A stretch of DNA of 64,000 nt, from positions 122,636,001 to 122,700,000 of the forward strand of contig NC_042997.1 of assembly GCF_006345805.1 (NCBI RefSeq), written 5' to 3'. The position numbers were made by a program, and so were the translations under genes. How positions within the stretch are numbered: position 1 is the first letter of the stretch; each line of letters opens with the position of its first letter. This DNA is from Octopus sinensis. Taxonomy: Eukaryota. Of the stretch, positions 49,141 through 62,849 are shown one piece after another. Under the pieces are notes generated by a model. The model saw nothing but the letters and a program-made list of their open reading frames with translations. It searched no databases and was not told the DNA's origin.

Positions 49141-49964
49141 CTACACACACATACACACACAATCACATAACTATATTTCAACGAAAAGTATCCAAATATC
49201 TTCTTGAAACCCTGACAGAAGTAAACTGTTTTTACTTCAAATTTTTATGAATCTTTACTTATATTGGATAATATGAGATAATATGAGATAGAAACCAGTA
49301 CTATTTTCTTATATGATTTTTAAAATCATTGAAATGTCTTAGACTTACAACTGTGCCATTTCCGCCATCACAGGTCAATTTCACATACACCTATGGTCCA
49401 TTATTTCGAGAGTCCCTTGCTTCAGAGTAAATATAAATAAGTGTAAGCTGTGTGGAAGTGAATCCTTTGACATCCTTAAGATTTCTCGGCCAAAAGCTTT
49501 GAATAGATTTACAGAGGTGATCCCTTTTTGCAACCCTAGGTTTTCGTCTACCTTTTTGAAAGTGTATAGAAATAAAAGTAACTGTAATAATATTGTTTTT
49601 GTGTTACGGAGAGTTGAAACCAGCGAGGTTCAATTCCTGTTAACAACAGCCACCTGCATGTTTAGCTATAAAATAATTTCTTTATTTTGTGTGTGTTAGA
49701 AAAGTTGGACTTGTCCACTGATGGGTTTACCTTTAAAATTAGTCATGCGGCAGTGAATCAGCTCTAAATAAAATGTTGCTCTGTTCGTGTTTCCACGTCT
49801 ATTGAGCTGTGTGTCATTCTGAATACCTTGCCAATACATTGTTGTTATACTGAATTGTTATCATTGTTAAATTATCACCAAAGGCTGTATATTGCTTGTT
49901 GAAAGCGTTCATTATTCATTTCACTGTTGGGGAAAATAACTAAAATTACTGTGTTGAAAAATGT

Positions 49965-52900
49965 AATGTCATGTGGCGATAAGCCAAAGAAACCCATGGA
50001 AAACATATTTGAAGACATGTCAAGTTCAACTGAAGGATCACCTACGAACACACAAGAGGAGTTCCTAAGTCAGCCGCATAAATAAAGTGTCTAAAAGAAT
50101 AATTGATACACTTAGTGTGCAAAAAGAGGAGGAAAATGAAAGAAAAAGAAAAGTTTCGCCTCAGCAGCCGAGGTTAGAACCTGGTAACTCTCAACGAGTA
50201 AAACTGAAATAAAAAAAGTACAACACAATGATGGGAAATAACGGAAATGTGGTGAAAGTGCAAACACCAGAGAAACTATTACAATAGGATAGGGAAAAAT
50301 GATAATTTACCAGACATATAACTTAAAATGTTGGAAAATCGATAGGATGTCAGAAGAGAAAATAGAAAAATGTTTAAAAGCTATTTGGTGTGATATCGAT
50401 TGCATAACAAGAGGGAAGAAACTCAGAACAATAGAGGTGAGGATGAAAAATGAAGAAAGGGCGAAATATTACTCGGTGAAAACACTGTAAACAAATGTGA
50501 CACTCATCCCCATGTTCATGGGGATAAGAATATCTAGAATAAGGATTGGAAGAACCCCTCCAGAGATAGATCCCATGTTGCTAGCGGCGGCTGTTATAAT
50601 GAACCAGGACAAAATTACACGGATCTTTTCCTTTTGAACGGGCAGTTTTCAACACAATTTCTAGTTAACTAAACACTTTTAAACTTCGTATACTGGTAGA
50701 ATGTGTCAAGATAAAACATTTTTTTCTCTTGGCTTTCTTGAGAAAATTGGAATTTGTAAGATTAGTGTAGTTTAATTTTTCGAATTTTAACCAATCGATG
50801 GCCTCTATTGAGCTAAAATCATTTGCTGCGTCTAAAGCTGAGACAATATCCTGTCACTGTTATGTTTACGTACGGAAAGCGTGTGTATAAAATTATAGAA
50901 TTATTTTGTTTGTTAATTGTTTAAATTATTTTCCATTGCTTTCGTTCTTTTCTTAAGCAATGAAAATAGTTTAAACAATACACGTGTATCTCAAAACAAA
51001 AATAAAACGAATAATTATAGACACACGCGTAACAATTAAATTAATTTAACAATTAAGAAAAAAACGAAACGCTAAAATTTAGGGTTAGGGTTAGGTTTAG
51101 AATCAGTGACAGGATGTTATCTCAGCTTTAGACGCAGAAAATGATTTTAGCTCAATAGAGGCCATCGATTGGTTAAAATTCGAAAAATTAAACTACCTTA
51201 AACTTACAAATTACAATTTTCTCAAGAAATCCAAGAGAAAAAAACGTTTTACTTTGACACATTCTACTAGTATACGAAGTTTAAAAGTGTTTAGTTAACT
51301 TGAAATTGTGTTGAAAACTGCCGTTCAAAAGGAAAAGATCCAATTACACTCCTCCAGGCTTCAGTCACAGAAAAACAAATTGGTCTGGACAGACCATCAA
51401 TATGATCATAGAAGCAACACCCAAAATTCTGGAAGAAATTTTAAAAAACTACAAATAGAAGAGGAGGCCCTCATAGTTTTTGTTGAGAGACTAAAACCCA
51501 GATGTTTCCAATGTGGCGAGTTAGACGTCATTTGTAATGAATGTATAGAAGAAGAGGAGGAGAAAGAAAAGGAGAGAAAAAGAAAGAGAAACAGCATCAA
51601 ACAAAAAGAAGATGCAGCCTACTACACAATCCAAAGCGGCGCCGACGTCAGATTCGAGACCCAAGAAAGCTACGAAAAGGGAAAAAGACGAAAGAGGACT
51701 AGTGGTAGTTAATACGGATGACGCGGAATTAACGAGAGACTTCAAACTTAGACGAAATTTCAGAGATGGTGGCAGAAGCAAAGATTAACCGGGAAATATC
51801 GGTCGGCTTGCAACTCCGGCACTGGAGAAGCAAGTCGATGCCTTTAGAGTGCGTCGTAGGCCGTTGGACGGAGGGGCCGGTAAAGTTTCGAGGGGTCTGG
51901 TTTGAACCGGATCTCTAGGTAGAGAAGAACAGGGCCGAGATTTCGAGCAGGGTGGCCTTAGTCAAGACTTGGTCTTGGCGGTGGATGTCCCTGAAAGGGC
52001 AGGCGGAGGTAGCCAATTTGTTCATTGCATCAGTCATTACCTAACGCCTAACCGTCGTTCCTTGCCCGGATTCGTGGTTGACAGCTCTTCCATTTTTTGT
52101 GGAAGGGCTCGAAGCAGTTTGTAAGACGCTCGATCTGTTGTCAAAGGCCGTTAAAGGGAGGACTAGCGATGCATTGGTTGTTGATGCTCAAATATGCGAT
52201 GAGGTTGAGGCATCTCTGGATTTCCTTGGATGGCGAACGGTTGAGACCTCCGCTGGCGAAATAGATGTTTCCATCATTCGCTAGATTTTGTGGACATGAA
52301 GACTGCTGCTTTCGTAGATCAAGGTTGAGTGAGTGGCATACGGAGTGTCGTAAGGTCCTCTTGCTATTCTGTCCCTCGTGTAATGCCAGCGGTGCAGGTT
52401 CTACAGCATTTTTCTATAGAGGGTTAGTAGAGGCTGAATGTGACGATGGCCTGGGAGAGACCCGGAGTATCGGGGGTGTTCAACTTGACAGCCTGTTCTT
52501 TAGTACGTTTGGATTGAGAGCGCTGTATACATTCCGAAATACCTAGACTTGGCAATGTTACAGAAGTGCCTTACCCGTTCGGGATAAGCTTGCAATATAT
52601 GGCAAGATATGGCCAATACGCTTCACCGACCTGTCCAAGATATGCGCGGGATAGGGAAACCGTCCCGCACGCTATTGTCAAGTGTCCGGAGGTATCGGAG
52701 ATGTGGGCTTATGTAGAACACCTGTTGTCTGGTGCAGGAAGAGTACAGCTGTCGACTGAGTCAATTATAAAAATTGACCCACCTGAAGTTTTGTTAAATG
52801 AAGGTAAGAATTGTTTTGTCATGGTTGGAGCAACAGCGAAAGAGGTGGTATAGAAGACAAGGATGAAAGTAGCAAAGGCAGGCAACTTAATCTCTGGATT

Positions 52901-53260
52901 CACTTTACAAATATATTTCGCTTTACATTTGAAAAGGAAAGTGAGGCTGCAGAAGAGGCGTCTGTCGGAGAAAAAGTTCGATGAAAGATCGAAGTATGTA
53001 GCCCGAGTGTTGCGAGTAGACGTAACCGTGTGAGTACGCCATAAGTTGTCTTGGAAAAGTATCAGTAGGTGATTGGGGCTCGCGGGGTGGTCGGGGCTAA
53101 ATCGAAACACTACTCCATTTTTTTTGTCCTTTGTTTAATGTAAATTATTCGATTATATGTTAAAATTTTTAAACGCATTTTTATGTTGAAATCATACCGT
53201 GTATCTAACCCCAATTCAGATTGTGCTGTCCCCACCTATCTTGGCTCCTAGTGGTCAATA
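49965..53260 (+). mobile_element. Degenerate L1/Tx1-like LINE: ORF1 with zinc knuckle and ORF2 C-terminal half
   Basis: PRCFQCGELDVICNEC (CCHC-like); MSLKGQAEVAN, FLWKG..QRPLKGGLAM, CPRYARDRETVPHAIVKC (zf-RVT-like); AATAAA near 53258. Confidence 0.8.
50621..51341. mobile_element. Foldback MITE, ~238-bp inverted arms, perfect 8-bp TSD, (TTAGGG)n tract
   Basis: GGATCTTTTCC..GGAAAAGATCC termini; TSD AATTACAC at 50613-50620 and 51342-51349; arms 50621-50859 / 51104-51341. Confidence 0.92.
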
Positions 53261-55699
53261 AAGAATCAATTTTGCTCTGGGGGTGTTTCCTGTTCATCCT
53301 GCTGAGGGGGTCATCGCCGTCCTGCAATTTACTGTAATTAAACCGCGATGGTGAGCTCCCGAAAAAGGCCAAAGATGTATGTGAATTTGACCCGTGGAAG
53401 TCTGTTTATTTATGAACTTTGGACGTACTTGTGTGAGGAGAGTAAAATGATTTTTTTACATATTTTTAAAAATATTTTTAATTGTTTTAGTCGCTGGACA
53501 TTTATTTTATCTTTGTCTATTAATTCTTTGTTAGTTTATGAATTTTTAGTTGCTTATATTTACCTTTTTGATAGGCCGTTCCATTTATATTTTATTTTGT
53601 TTTATTCGAATATATATCTTTACCTTTTCTGTTTTTATGCATATAATTCTTTTTTATGTGATCAAATGTTCGAGGTATGGTGTTATGAATAAAGTCATTG
53701 ACTCAAATGTAATGTTTGTTCTTTAACCAATGTTTCTTTATCTTTGTCTCATTTACATTTGAGCACTTCCTTTGCAGTCCTACTAAACCTTTTTTTTCTG
53801 TAAAAAGAGACAATTATTTCTTGTTTTGTATATATATATATATGTATGTATATAGATTTTCAAATAAATTGACTTATATCAAAGTTCCCTTTTTCATTAT
53901 GATTTTGTTTGACACGGTGTACAGTTTAAATTGAGCTTCATAGAAACATCCCTCAATTGAACGTATTATTCCAATGTTCACTTTTAGCAATTATATTTAG
54001 AGGAGTCAAAAATAATAACGAACACTAGTATTCATATTATATGGTTTCATCAAATATTGGAGATTTAATAACAGGCAGATTGAGAAAGGATTTCATTGAA
54101 TATCAGTCCAATTTTCCGCGCTGTCACTTGATATATTACATTGCAAATATACTTTTGTTTCCTATCAAATGAATAATAACTTGCGTTGTAGTGCTCATTG
54201 TAAGCAAACGAATAGTTCATTATGTTATGTACACAAGTGAAGACTATCTCGAATAACTGAATACCTTCAAGTGTATCAATGCATCTGGTTTTCCCAAAAC
54301 CAAATGCCAATTAATATACTATGAGTAATATTTTCAAAGAAGATCTAACCATTTGATATGAAACTCATAAAGAGATTATTATGCTAAGATTTGTAGGAGA
54401 ACTCATTACATAATGCAGTATAGCTGGGACAGTTATATGTACTTTTATCATATATAGCATGTCCTATAGCTGCTTAGTTAAAATGATCGTTTTGTAATAA
54501 TTTGATTTCGCCTTCGAAAACATAGCTTACTGTTTTGGCGAAAATATTCTGTTACATTCTTGGTTAGTATAAGGGTATGACGGTAGTAGTAGAAATACAT
54601 ATTCCTTTCTAGGATTAACTTTAATTTCGTAAAATACTTGGTTCACATCTAACAGATACATAATAGCAACGGCCAAGAACTGTGATGGTTCAGTTGCAAT
54701 GCATATTCTATATGTAATACAAAAACGTTTGCTAAATAATGTATGAAGCTGCCTTGATTTTTGACATGCTTTTAGATATGAAATTGCGATAGAGGAACAT
54801 TGTGATCATAAATGTTTTCCCAGTACATATCTCAGCTTATTTTTGTTATATTATAGACGCATATTTCATTATTTTTGAATAAAAAAATGTGGCGTCATTC
54901 CAAGTGAATTTCTTACTATTTCTAGTCAGTCAACAGCTCTCTTATTTCGAGGGCAGTGTTTACAAACTGTGTATAACTATTTCTGTATTTTAAATGCATT
55001 TCCTTTTTTCTCCTTCTTTCTTTGCTAGTATAATTCTATTTCGGAGAGTTTATATTGCAGAAAATGTAGAAAAAATTTCGTTCAGAAAATATTCTATATA
55101 AAATTGGAATTAAGGCTTTTAAGAAAATGGAAATATTTCTGATATTTGTGAAATTTAATACATCTCATTTTGTATTTCGTTTTCATTTTATGTTTTGATT
55201 TCTGAATATAGAAACAATGTTTAGATCAATTAACTGGTGAGAAATATTTTATAAGCTCCAATATAAAATTAAGGCTTCGTCACACAATTAGACGTAAGAA
55301 ACAAAAGTAAAAATATACAGAAATACAAATTGTTTGTGTGCGTATGTATGTATGTGTGCTTATTCGCACGCGTGTTTGTATGTGTGAGTGAGTGTAGGCA
55401 TGGACCCAGGGTTTGTGATTCGCATATCAAATACGTTATCTACGGGTGTGTTCAGATACGTGTCACTTTGAAAACCTTATACTATTTAACCAATAGATTT
55501 GCGATAGCAATGCAATAGTATTCGAGATCCCCTGAATAGTATATGCCAACCACATCAAACGTGTTTATACATACACGCTATAGGTTGGTATATATTATAT
55601 CATACCTTCATACAATAAGAACTGAAATGCCAGTTGCTAGGCCACTGAATCAAGTGTTGAAACACGATATGCAGTCAAGTATCCCCAGTTTTCTGTAAC

Positions 55700-57990
55700 T
55701 ACTGTCGTTATACTCAGGCCAATTAAGGGGAACAACACATTTGACTACTTCTTCACAAATAATGTGGACCTTGTACATAACGTGAAGATGACGCCAACAG
55801 CACTCTTAGATGACTGTATTTTTAAGAATTAACTATGTATGGTCCCGCTCGAACTGCTGGTGTCTACCATATCAGGAGAACTCAAACATTTTCCAGCCTG
55901 AGTTTCTGTAATGCAAAATGGGAATCAATCCGCAAAGAGTTCCACAAACGAAACTGGTCCAACGTTCTATGTATGCAAGACATTGAATTGAAATCCCACC
56001 ACTTTATGTTAACATTTTAAGCTATATGCACTAAATATACTCCAGAATGAAAAGCCTGCACACTGACAAACATGATTCACAGTCACAGAAACGTCCTTAT
56101 GAAACGAATGTCGATGGTCTCAAAGTAGCTGAGTAGGCAACTAAAGGATAGGGAGAAGTCTATTTTAATACGCACACTGCTAGAAATCGAAAGGCAAGAA
56201 AAAAATCTCTCACGAAAGGGAAAGAGCAGAGAGAGGGAGAAAGAGAAAGAGAGGAGAAGAGAAGAAAACTGTTGAAAGCATGATGACAAATCCCAAAGTT
56301 CTCTATAAATTCGCAAATGAAACAGCCACAATAAAATATAAAATAGGATTATTTTGCAAAAGAAATGACTCACTGACAGCGTACTCAGGAAGAAGTTAGA
56401 TGCTCTGAACAATTTTGAAATGTCTTCAATTCCCCCCTTGGATACATGCAGATAAAAATCCGCCTGAATTCTTTAATATTGTAGCTCTAAAGAAGGAGGT
56501 GCTAGACAATGATTACATCAGCATTGAGGATAACAACGGCCATAAATGAAATGAACTCAAGCTTCGAAACTGCTTCTGATGACTTTCTAATTATTCTGAA
56601 GTAAAATTAGCAGGCCTTGGCGAAACCTCTTCAGATACTTTAGCGAAGTTTCCTTGCAAGTGGTAAACTTCCGAAAAAGCTAAAACAAGGCATTGCGTGC
56701 CTTATCCAAAAAGGTGGGAGCAGAGCAGAGGCCAAAGACTACAAGGCAATCTCTCTAACTTCACATATCAGTAAAGTCATGGAGCAAATCATCAGAAAGA
56801 ATTTCATAATGTTCCTAGAATAAAATGACCTACTGAACAATACACAGCATGGCTTCCGTCCAGGACGAATCTGCCCCACATAACTTCAACAGCACTATGA
56901 CTTAGTTTTGAAACAGCTGCTGGACCACTTGTTAGCGTGATATACCTAGACTTTGCAAAGGCATTTGATAAGGTAGATCACGGCATGATATATCATAAGG
57001 TACGAGACCTTGGCATTGCTGGTAAACTTGGAAACCCAAATCATAAGCGGCATCCCCCTAGGGAAGTGTCCTGGTGCCATTACTGTTCATAATAACCATC
57101 TTAGACATGTGCACGGTCATTTGGACAGCTACTGTCACTAGCTATGCCGATGATACAAAATTATCACAAGCAATAAAAAAAACCAAGATGACATCGTAAG
57201 ATTACATCGAGAACTGAATTCGATATACAAATGGGCCGAAATAAACAACATGCAGTTTAGTATACAGGACCGGAAAGCACTGCAATCCCAATGTTACAGG
57301 CACTCAAAGATTTGGGGGTCAGTATGTAAAATGACGCATCATTTTATATGCACATTATAAAGATGGTAGCAAAGTTCAGGCAACTGGCAGGATGGATACT
57401 GATGTTCTTCAAGATAAAATACCAAGAAACTATGTTGACCCTGTAGAGATACTTTGTTCTCAGCTGCCTGGACTACTACTCCCAGTTATGGTCGCCGCCA
57501 AATTAACCACAGAGCTTGAAGCAGTTCAATGCCACTACACTAAAAAGACTGAAACAGTGCAGCGGATGAGCTACAGGGATAGGCTGAGAAAACTGCCACT
57601 TTACTCCCTGGTGCGATGGCGTCAGAGATATACAATAGTCTATATATGGAAAACTCTAGAAGGGCTAGTACCTAACTTTGGCTTTGAATGTTATACAAAT
57701 GCCAGAACTTGCCGCCATTATATTGTACCAACGATACCATCCACTCGATCTAAATTCAGTACCAGGTATTACAAGTCTAAAATTCAGAGGCCCACAGCTC
57801 TTCACTGACCAACCAGAAAATTAAGAATTCTGCATAAGGTGGAAGTAGTTGTCTTCATAAAAGAACTAGAAATCCCCTCTCCACAATATCGATTGAACCA
57901 ACAGCTCAACATGAGGTGCAGACGAAGGCAACGGAATCAAAGTCTCTTATACATGAAATGGACCAAGAGCTAGGACAAAGGCACATACAA
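55700..57990 (+). mobile_element. Degenerate CR1-type LINE (end of APE endonuclease through RT)
   Basis: GNNTFDYFFTN, AKDYKAISLTSHISKVME, QHGFRPGR, IYLDFAKAFDKVDH, SYADDTK, RQRYTIVYIWKTLEGLVPN. Confidence 0.9.
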
Positions 57991-59408
57991 GAGTGGTGAT
58001 GTGAAACACCCCAGACTGAAGAAATGAGAAGGACCACCGTGATGTTGCAACGTGACCGCATTCACATGGTTGAAACGAATAAAAGTGTAAAGGAGTATCA
58101 ACACAACGTTAATGGATAAGCACTTGAAAGACTAGTGAAAACTTGTGGATACCGAAGATAAATAGCCACGTAAATATATTATTCCTCTTATGTTAGTCGC
58201 CGTTCTACTGCCCTGGCTATACATACAGAACAAATTCCATCAGTTGATATATTTTGAAATGCTCCAGGGAGATCTTGTGTAACGATGTATTTTTTATTAT
58301 ATAATGTAATCATTTGAATCATACGTTTTATATGATTTGAAAATATCATTTGATTTGCCGTATTATAACCTACAGGGTGTTCAAACAACATTTGAGACTT
58401 AAAACATAGAAAACAAAACACAATATTCCAATATTGCCGCTGTCGATCGGTCATAAGAGGATTCCGGGAACTGGAGCATAAGTTCGTCACTGAGTGACTG
58501 GGAATTCTAATGAAGACATCCTTGACTTTAGCATCCAAATCCACATTGAATATTAACGGAAGATTGGTTGCTGTCATTCTAAACAGAACCCAACAAACAG
58601 TTATCTTTGGATTTACAATTGTGAGAATTAGAAAACCAGAAATTGAGGCTGCTGAAGTCGTAGAAATTTTCTAAGAACTAATTCTGTTTCCAAAGGAATT
58701 GAAGAGCAGAATCCTGCTGCCACACGTACAGAACTTCTGCAGCAACCCTTTCCAGCAGCTTTATATAGCCATCTGAATTGATCCTAAGTACTTGTATAAT
58801 GTGGGGCTACCTAACGTTTCTCTTACTGGAGACACGCTAAAAGAACATTACAATGCCTACGGGCCACAATTCCATAGTCACCGTTGTAGCTATCTATGCC
58901 ACATCATGCATCTTTTATAGCGTACACAGAGCAGCAGCAGAGTAGCAGTCATGATATCAGCATTTTGAGACCCGGCGCCTATCAACCTGATACAGGTAAT
59001 TCTTCCCCAATATTCTGAGGGTTTCCAACTAACGCTTTTTTAACTGCAACACCAATTTTATGCTCTTCAACGCTGTTGTCTGGAAAGTGGCAACGTATTT
59101 AAATTTCAAAAGCGATAAACAACAGGTGTACTACAGGAGAAACAGAACTACAAAAACGACGAAACAGTAGGATAAAAATAATTTCCGTTTTAAATTAAAT
59201 GGGAAAAAGCAATTGAATTTATCTAACTACCCGATTATATATAAAGGTATGTATGCATGTATGCATGTATGTATGTATGTATGTATGTATGTATGTATGT
59301 ATGTATGTATGTATGTATGCATGTATGCATGTATGTATGTATGTATGTGTGTGTGTTATGCGTATGTATGTATGTTTATCTACGTATGTGAGAGAGTGAG
59401 TGCGTGCA

Positions 59409-59466
<58 letters not shown>

Positions 59467-60269
59467 GTGTGCATGTATCTAACTCTCTATCTAGGTACAC
59501 ACACGTGCGTGCGCGTGTGCGTAAGCACATGTGTATGAATGTATGTAGGCCCTATTATCTGTTTTGTTTTAGAGTATTTCATCATCTTTGATGTCAATAG
59601 CTATTCCACTAAGTCGGTAAGTTAATACATTTTATTTTTCTTTGCTTTTGCCGTTCTTTTATCAGGAATTTAGTTTGGGTATTACATTTTGCACCAGAAA
59701 TACACTGACGTGTCAAAGTGGCTATCTTTGTGTTATTCTGAAATCGTTCCTTCTTATGTTCAGCTTTCTTCAGAGTTTCTTACTACTGCATCGCTGAGTA
59801 ATGTTCACCTGTTATTAATGTTATACTAGCAGCAAGTACAATTTGAAGCGGAGGAATTTCAACCATGTTTCGTGGCCTGCTACCACAACAGCTCCTTTAT
59901 AGGATCCAGTTAGTTCAAGATATCATCAAAAGGAACCACGTCCGGTTTCGGCTCCTACTTCTCTTTCGGAGGTGTCCTCAGCTTTGGTGTTGAGTGCATG
60001 TCTTCATTCTCATTCATTGTTCTGTTCCCTGGCCTCTTCGATGTAGCGTGAAACGAGAGTCAGCTCCAGCAGTCAACCCCCAGCAAGTTGTCACGTGACA
60101 CTGTCTAAACTAATATGTAATAGGTTATTTGCAAATAAAACATAATATAATCCCTCTATTCTGTTACCCAATAAAATTATAAGTGAGAATTTAAGTCAAT
60201 ATCAAAATGCTTTTGATCATATGTCTACAACAAAAGATGTAAGGTTAACCAAAAACGATGTTACTTTTC

Positions 60270-60630
60270 TTTCATTAATAATATTGGTTTCAAACGTTGA
60301 CACAAAGCCAGCCATTTCACAGATGGAGTAACTCGATTTAACGATTCCAGTGCTATACAAAGAAAGGCAAAGTCGATCTTCGCGGATTTTGAACTCGCTG
60401 CGAACAATTCTGCCACGTTGCTGCCTCATGGATTGATTTCAAATTTCAGCACAAGGCCAGTAACTATGCAGATGGATGTAAGTAGATTGCATCGCTGCCA
60501 ACGTTTAAGTTGCACTTGTTTTATCGACTGCGAAAAGATGAAACGCAAAGTCGACTTAGGTGGAATTTGAACGCAGATGGTAATGGCTGACGAATCGTCG
60601 CTAAGCATTCTGTCAGCTCGCCGCCCCATT
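60270..60630 (-). mobile_element. Two head-to-tail degenerate family B SINEs
   Basis: GGCAAAGTCGATCTTCGCGGATTTTGAACTC and GCAAAGTCGACTTAGGTGGAATTTGAAC blocks. Confidence 0.7.
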
Positions 60631-60816
60631 TGCAATAAATAATATCAATTTTTTATACATAACCACCATATCATATATTGTAAAAAACAAATATATTATT
60701 GATATATAAGCCAACGCCTGAGTAGTTCATATTTTGTCGATTGCAAGAGTACAAATACAGTGAATAGTGTCCCGGAGTGGGCCCATATATATTATAACTA
60801 ATATATATATATATGT

Positions 60817-60985
60817 CCTCTACCATCATCACTACAAGAACTGGAGAGTGTTTTAGCTGAAGAATGGACAAAATTTCCTTTGGAAACAATTCAGACTTAG
60901 TACGAGTTCTTCGTAGAATTCAAGCTGTAATTAATGCCAATTGTGGTCCTACTCCATATTAAAATAAATTTGTTTGAAATTTTAT
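60817..60985 (+). mobile_element. 3' fragment of the adjacent Tc1 family
   Basis: Homologous to ~61995-62165. Confidence 0.8.
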
Positions 60986-60996
60986 ATATATATATA

Positions 60997-62197
60997 TGAG
61001 CGGTTGGGCAAAATAATGCAAACACATAGCATCATAATTTTGAGATATCTATAAAACCGTCAAAAGGTTCTTTATTTTTATGCATTTTGATTTATGATTA
61101 GTAGTGCTTAATATATTTTGCTAACATTGCTGTTTCTTATCAGACATCGTCAGAAAAAGGTAATTATTTTTTTTTAAATGACAGATTTATCGTAGTTTCA
61201 AACAGGTTAAATAGTTGGTGCTCGTATGGCAGGCGCTAGCATAACAAAAAAGACAGCCGAATCTTTTGGTGTATCAAAAAGTACTGTCTCGAAAGTAATG
61301 ACAGCTTTTGAAAAAGAGGAAAAACAAAACTCGGAGGTAAACCAAAACTTTCAGATAGGGACCATCGTACTCTTACGCGAATTTTTAGAAAGGATCACAA
61401 AAGTACAGCTCTCAAAATTACTGCAGCGCATAATGACCACCTCGAGAAACCAGTTTCCACAAAAACTGTTCGCCGTGTGCTGCACAAACTCGGATTTCCC
61501 GAGTGGGCTGCAATAAGAAAACCACTACTTTCAATCAAAAACAAGTGGTAAAATGTTATTTTCTCGCAAGATCATCCTTTACCTTATTTCTGATCATCGG
61601 TCTAGTATACGTATAGAGACAGCCAAAAGAAGCACTTGAGCCAGACTGCCTTTTTTCCAACTGTTAAACATGGAGGAGTACCTTTGATGATCTGAGGCGC
61701 TATATCTTGGAAATCCGCCGGCCCAGTGGTTTCCCTTCATGGCAAGATTAATAGTCAAGACTATTTAAGCAATTTTATGTGATCAAATTCATCCTATGTT
61801 TGTGAAACTATTTCCGGTGGAAACCGCAATGTTTCAGGATGATAATGCACCAATTCACACAGCTAGATTTTGTTACTGAATGGCACGAGGAACATTCAAG
61901 TGAAGTTGAACATCTTATCTGTCCACCACAATCCCCAGATCTCAATATTATTGAACGTTTATTGTGCATTTTAGAAAAACAAGGAGCCGATATTCTCCAC
62001 CATCATCACTACAAGAACACTGAGACTGTTTTAGCTGAATAATGGACAAAAGTTTCTTTGGAAACAATTCAAACTTTGTACTAGTCCGTACCTAGTAGAA
62101 TTCAAGCTGGAATTACTGCCAAAGCGGTCCTACCCCATATTGAAATAAATTTGTTTGAAATTTTAAGGTGTTTCAATTATTCTGTCCAACCCATGTA
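60997..62197 (+). mobile_element. Full-length degenerate Tc1-like transposon
   Basis: TIRs (C/G)GGTTGG(G/A)CA(A/G)AATAAT..AAACAC; ARMAGASIT..GVSKSTVSKVM, TVKHGG, FQDDNAPIH, PPQSPDLNIIE. Confidence 0.9.
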
Positions 62198-62849
62198 TAT
62201 ATATGTGCGCGTGTGTATTTATGTGGGCACCAGTGCACGGGTGTCTGAGTATGTGTGTGTGCACCTGTGCATGTATATGTGTGTGTGTATATATATTTTG
62301 CTTTAAAAAATTCTTGATGTCAAATCGAGTTTTTTAATCAGGTATTGTTATACTTGGGGATGATTATATTTTGGCAGTTAAACATACACACAATACATAT
62401 GCTCCATGAAATGATTAATAACACCCACCTCCACCACATTATCAAACCTGACAACTAAAGACAGAATGAGAAGGAAAAAGGACACAGACAAACAATATTT
62501 TACATACGCGCATATTCACACACGCAAGATACACATACACATACACAATGAAATTGGAGAAAAATATATATATAAAAGACACGGGTACGAAGATTGTAGT
62601 AAAGAAACACATATGCATCTATACAATACAAATATAATAAACACACATGCACACATATACACATTCAGTTACAGATGCATGATCAGACAGGGATACATAC
62701 CAAAGAAAGACAAAATGGAATACGTAAGAGAATAGGACACAGGTTGGGTAGAGCGTGGCTGAAGAAGTCACAGGATGTGCTACGAAGGGTCTTTGACTAA
62801 GAAACTAATATAACAATAATATAACTTGAGTGATGACCAAATATAAAAT

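Noticed and set aside
54230-54430. LNTF..SGFP / IIML resembling a Helitron PIF1 helicase segment
   Set aside because: Too short and degenerate; other helicase motifs not found
59700-60090. Minus-strand frame containing PFDDIL, reminiscent of an SLC22 N-terminus
   Set aside because: Multiple stops and only a 5-residue resemblance
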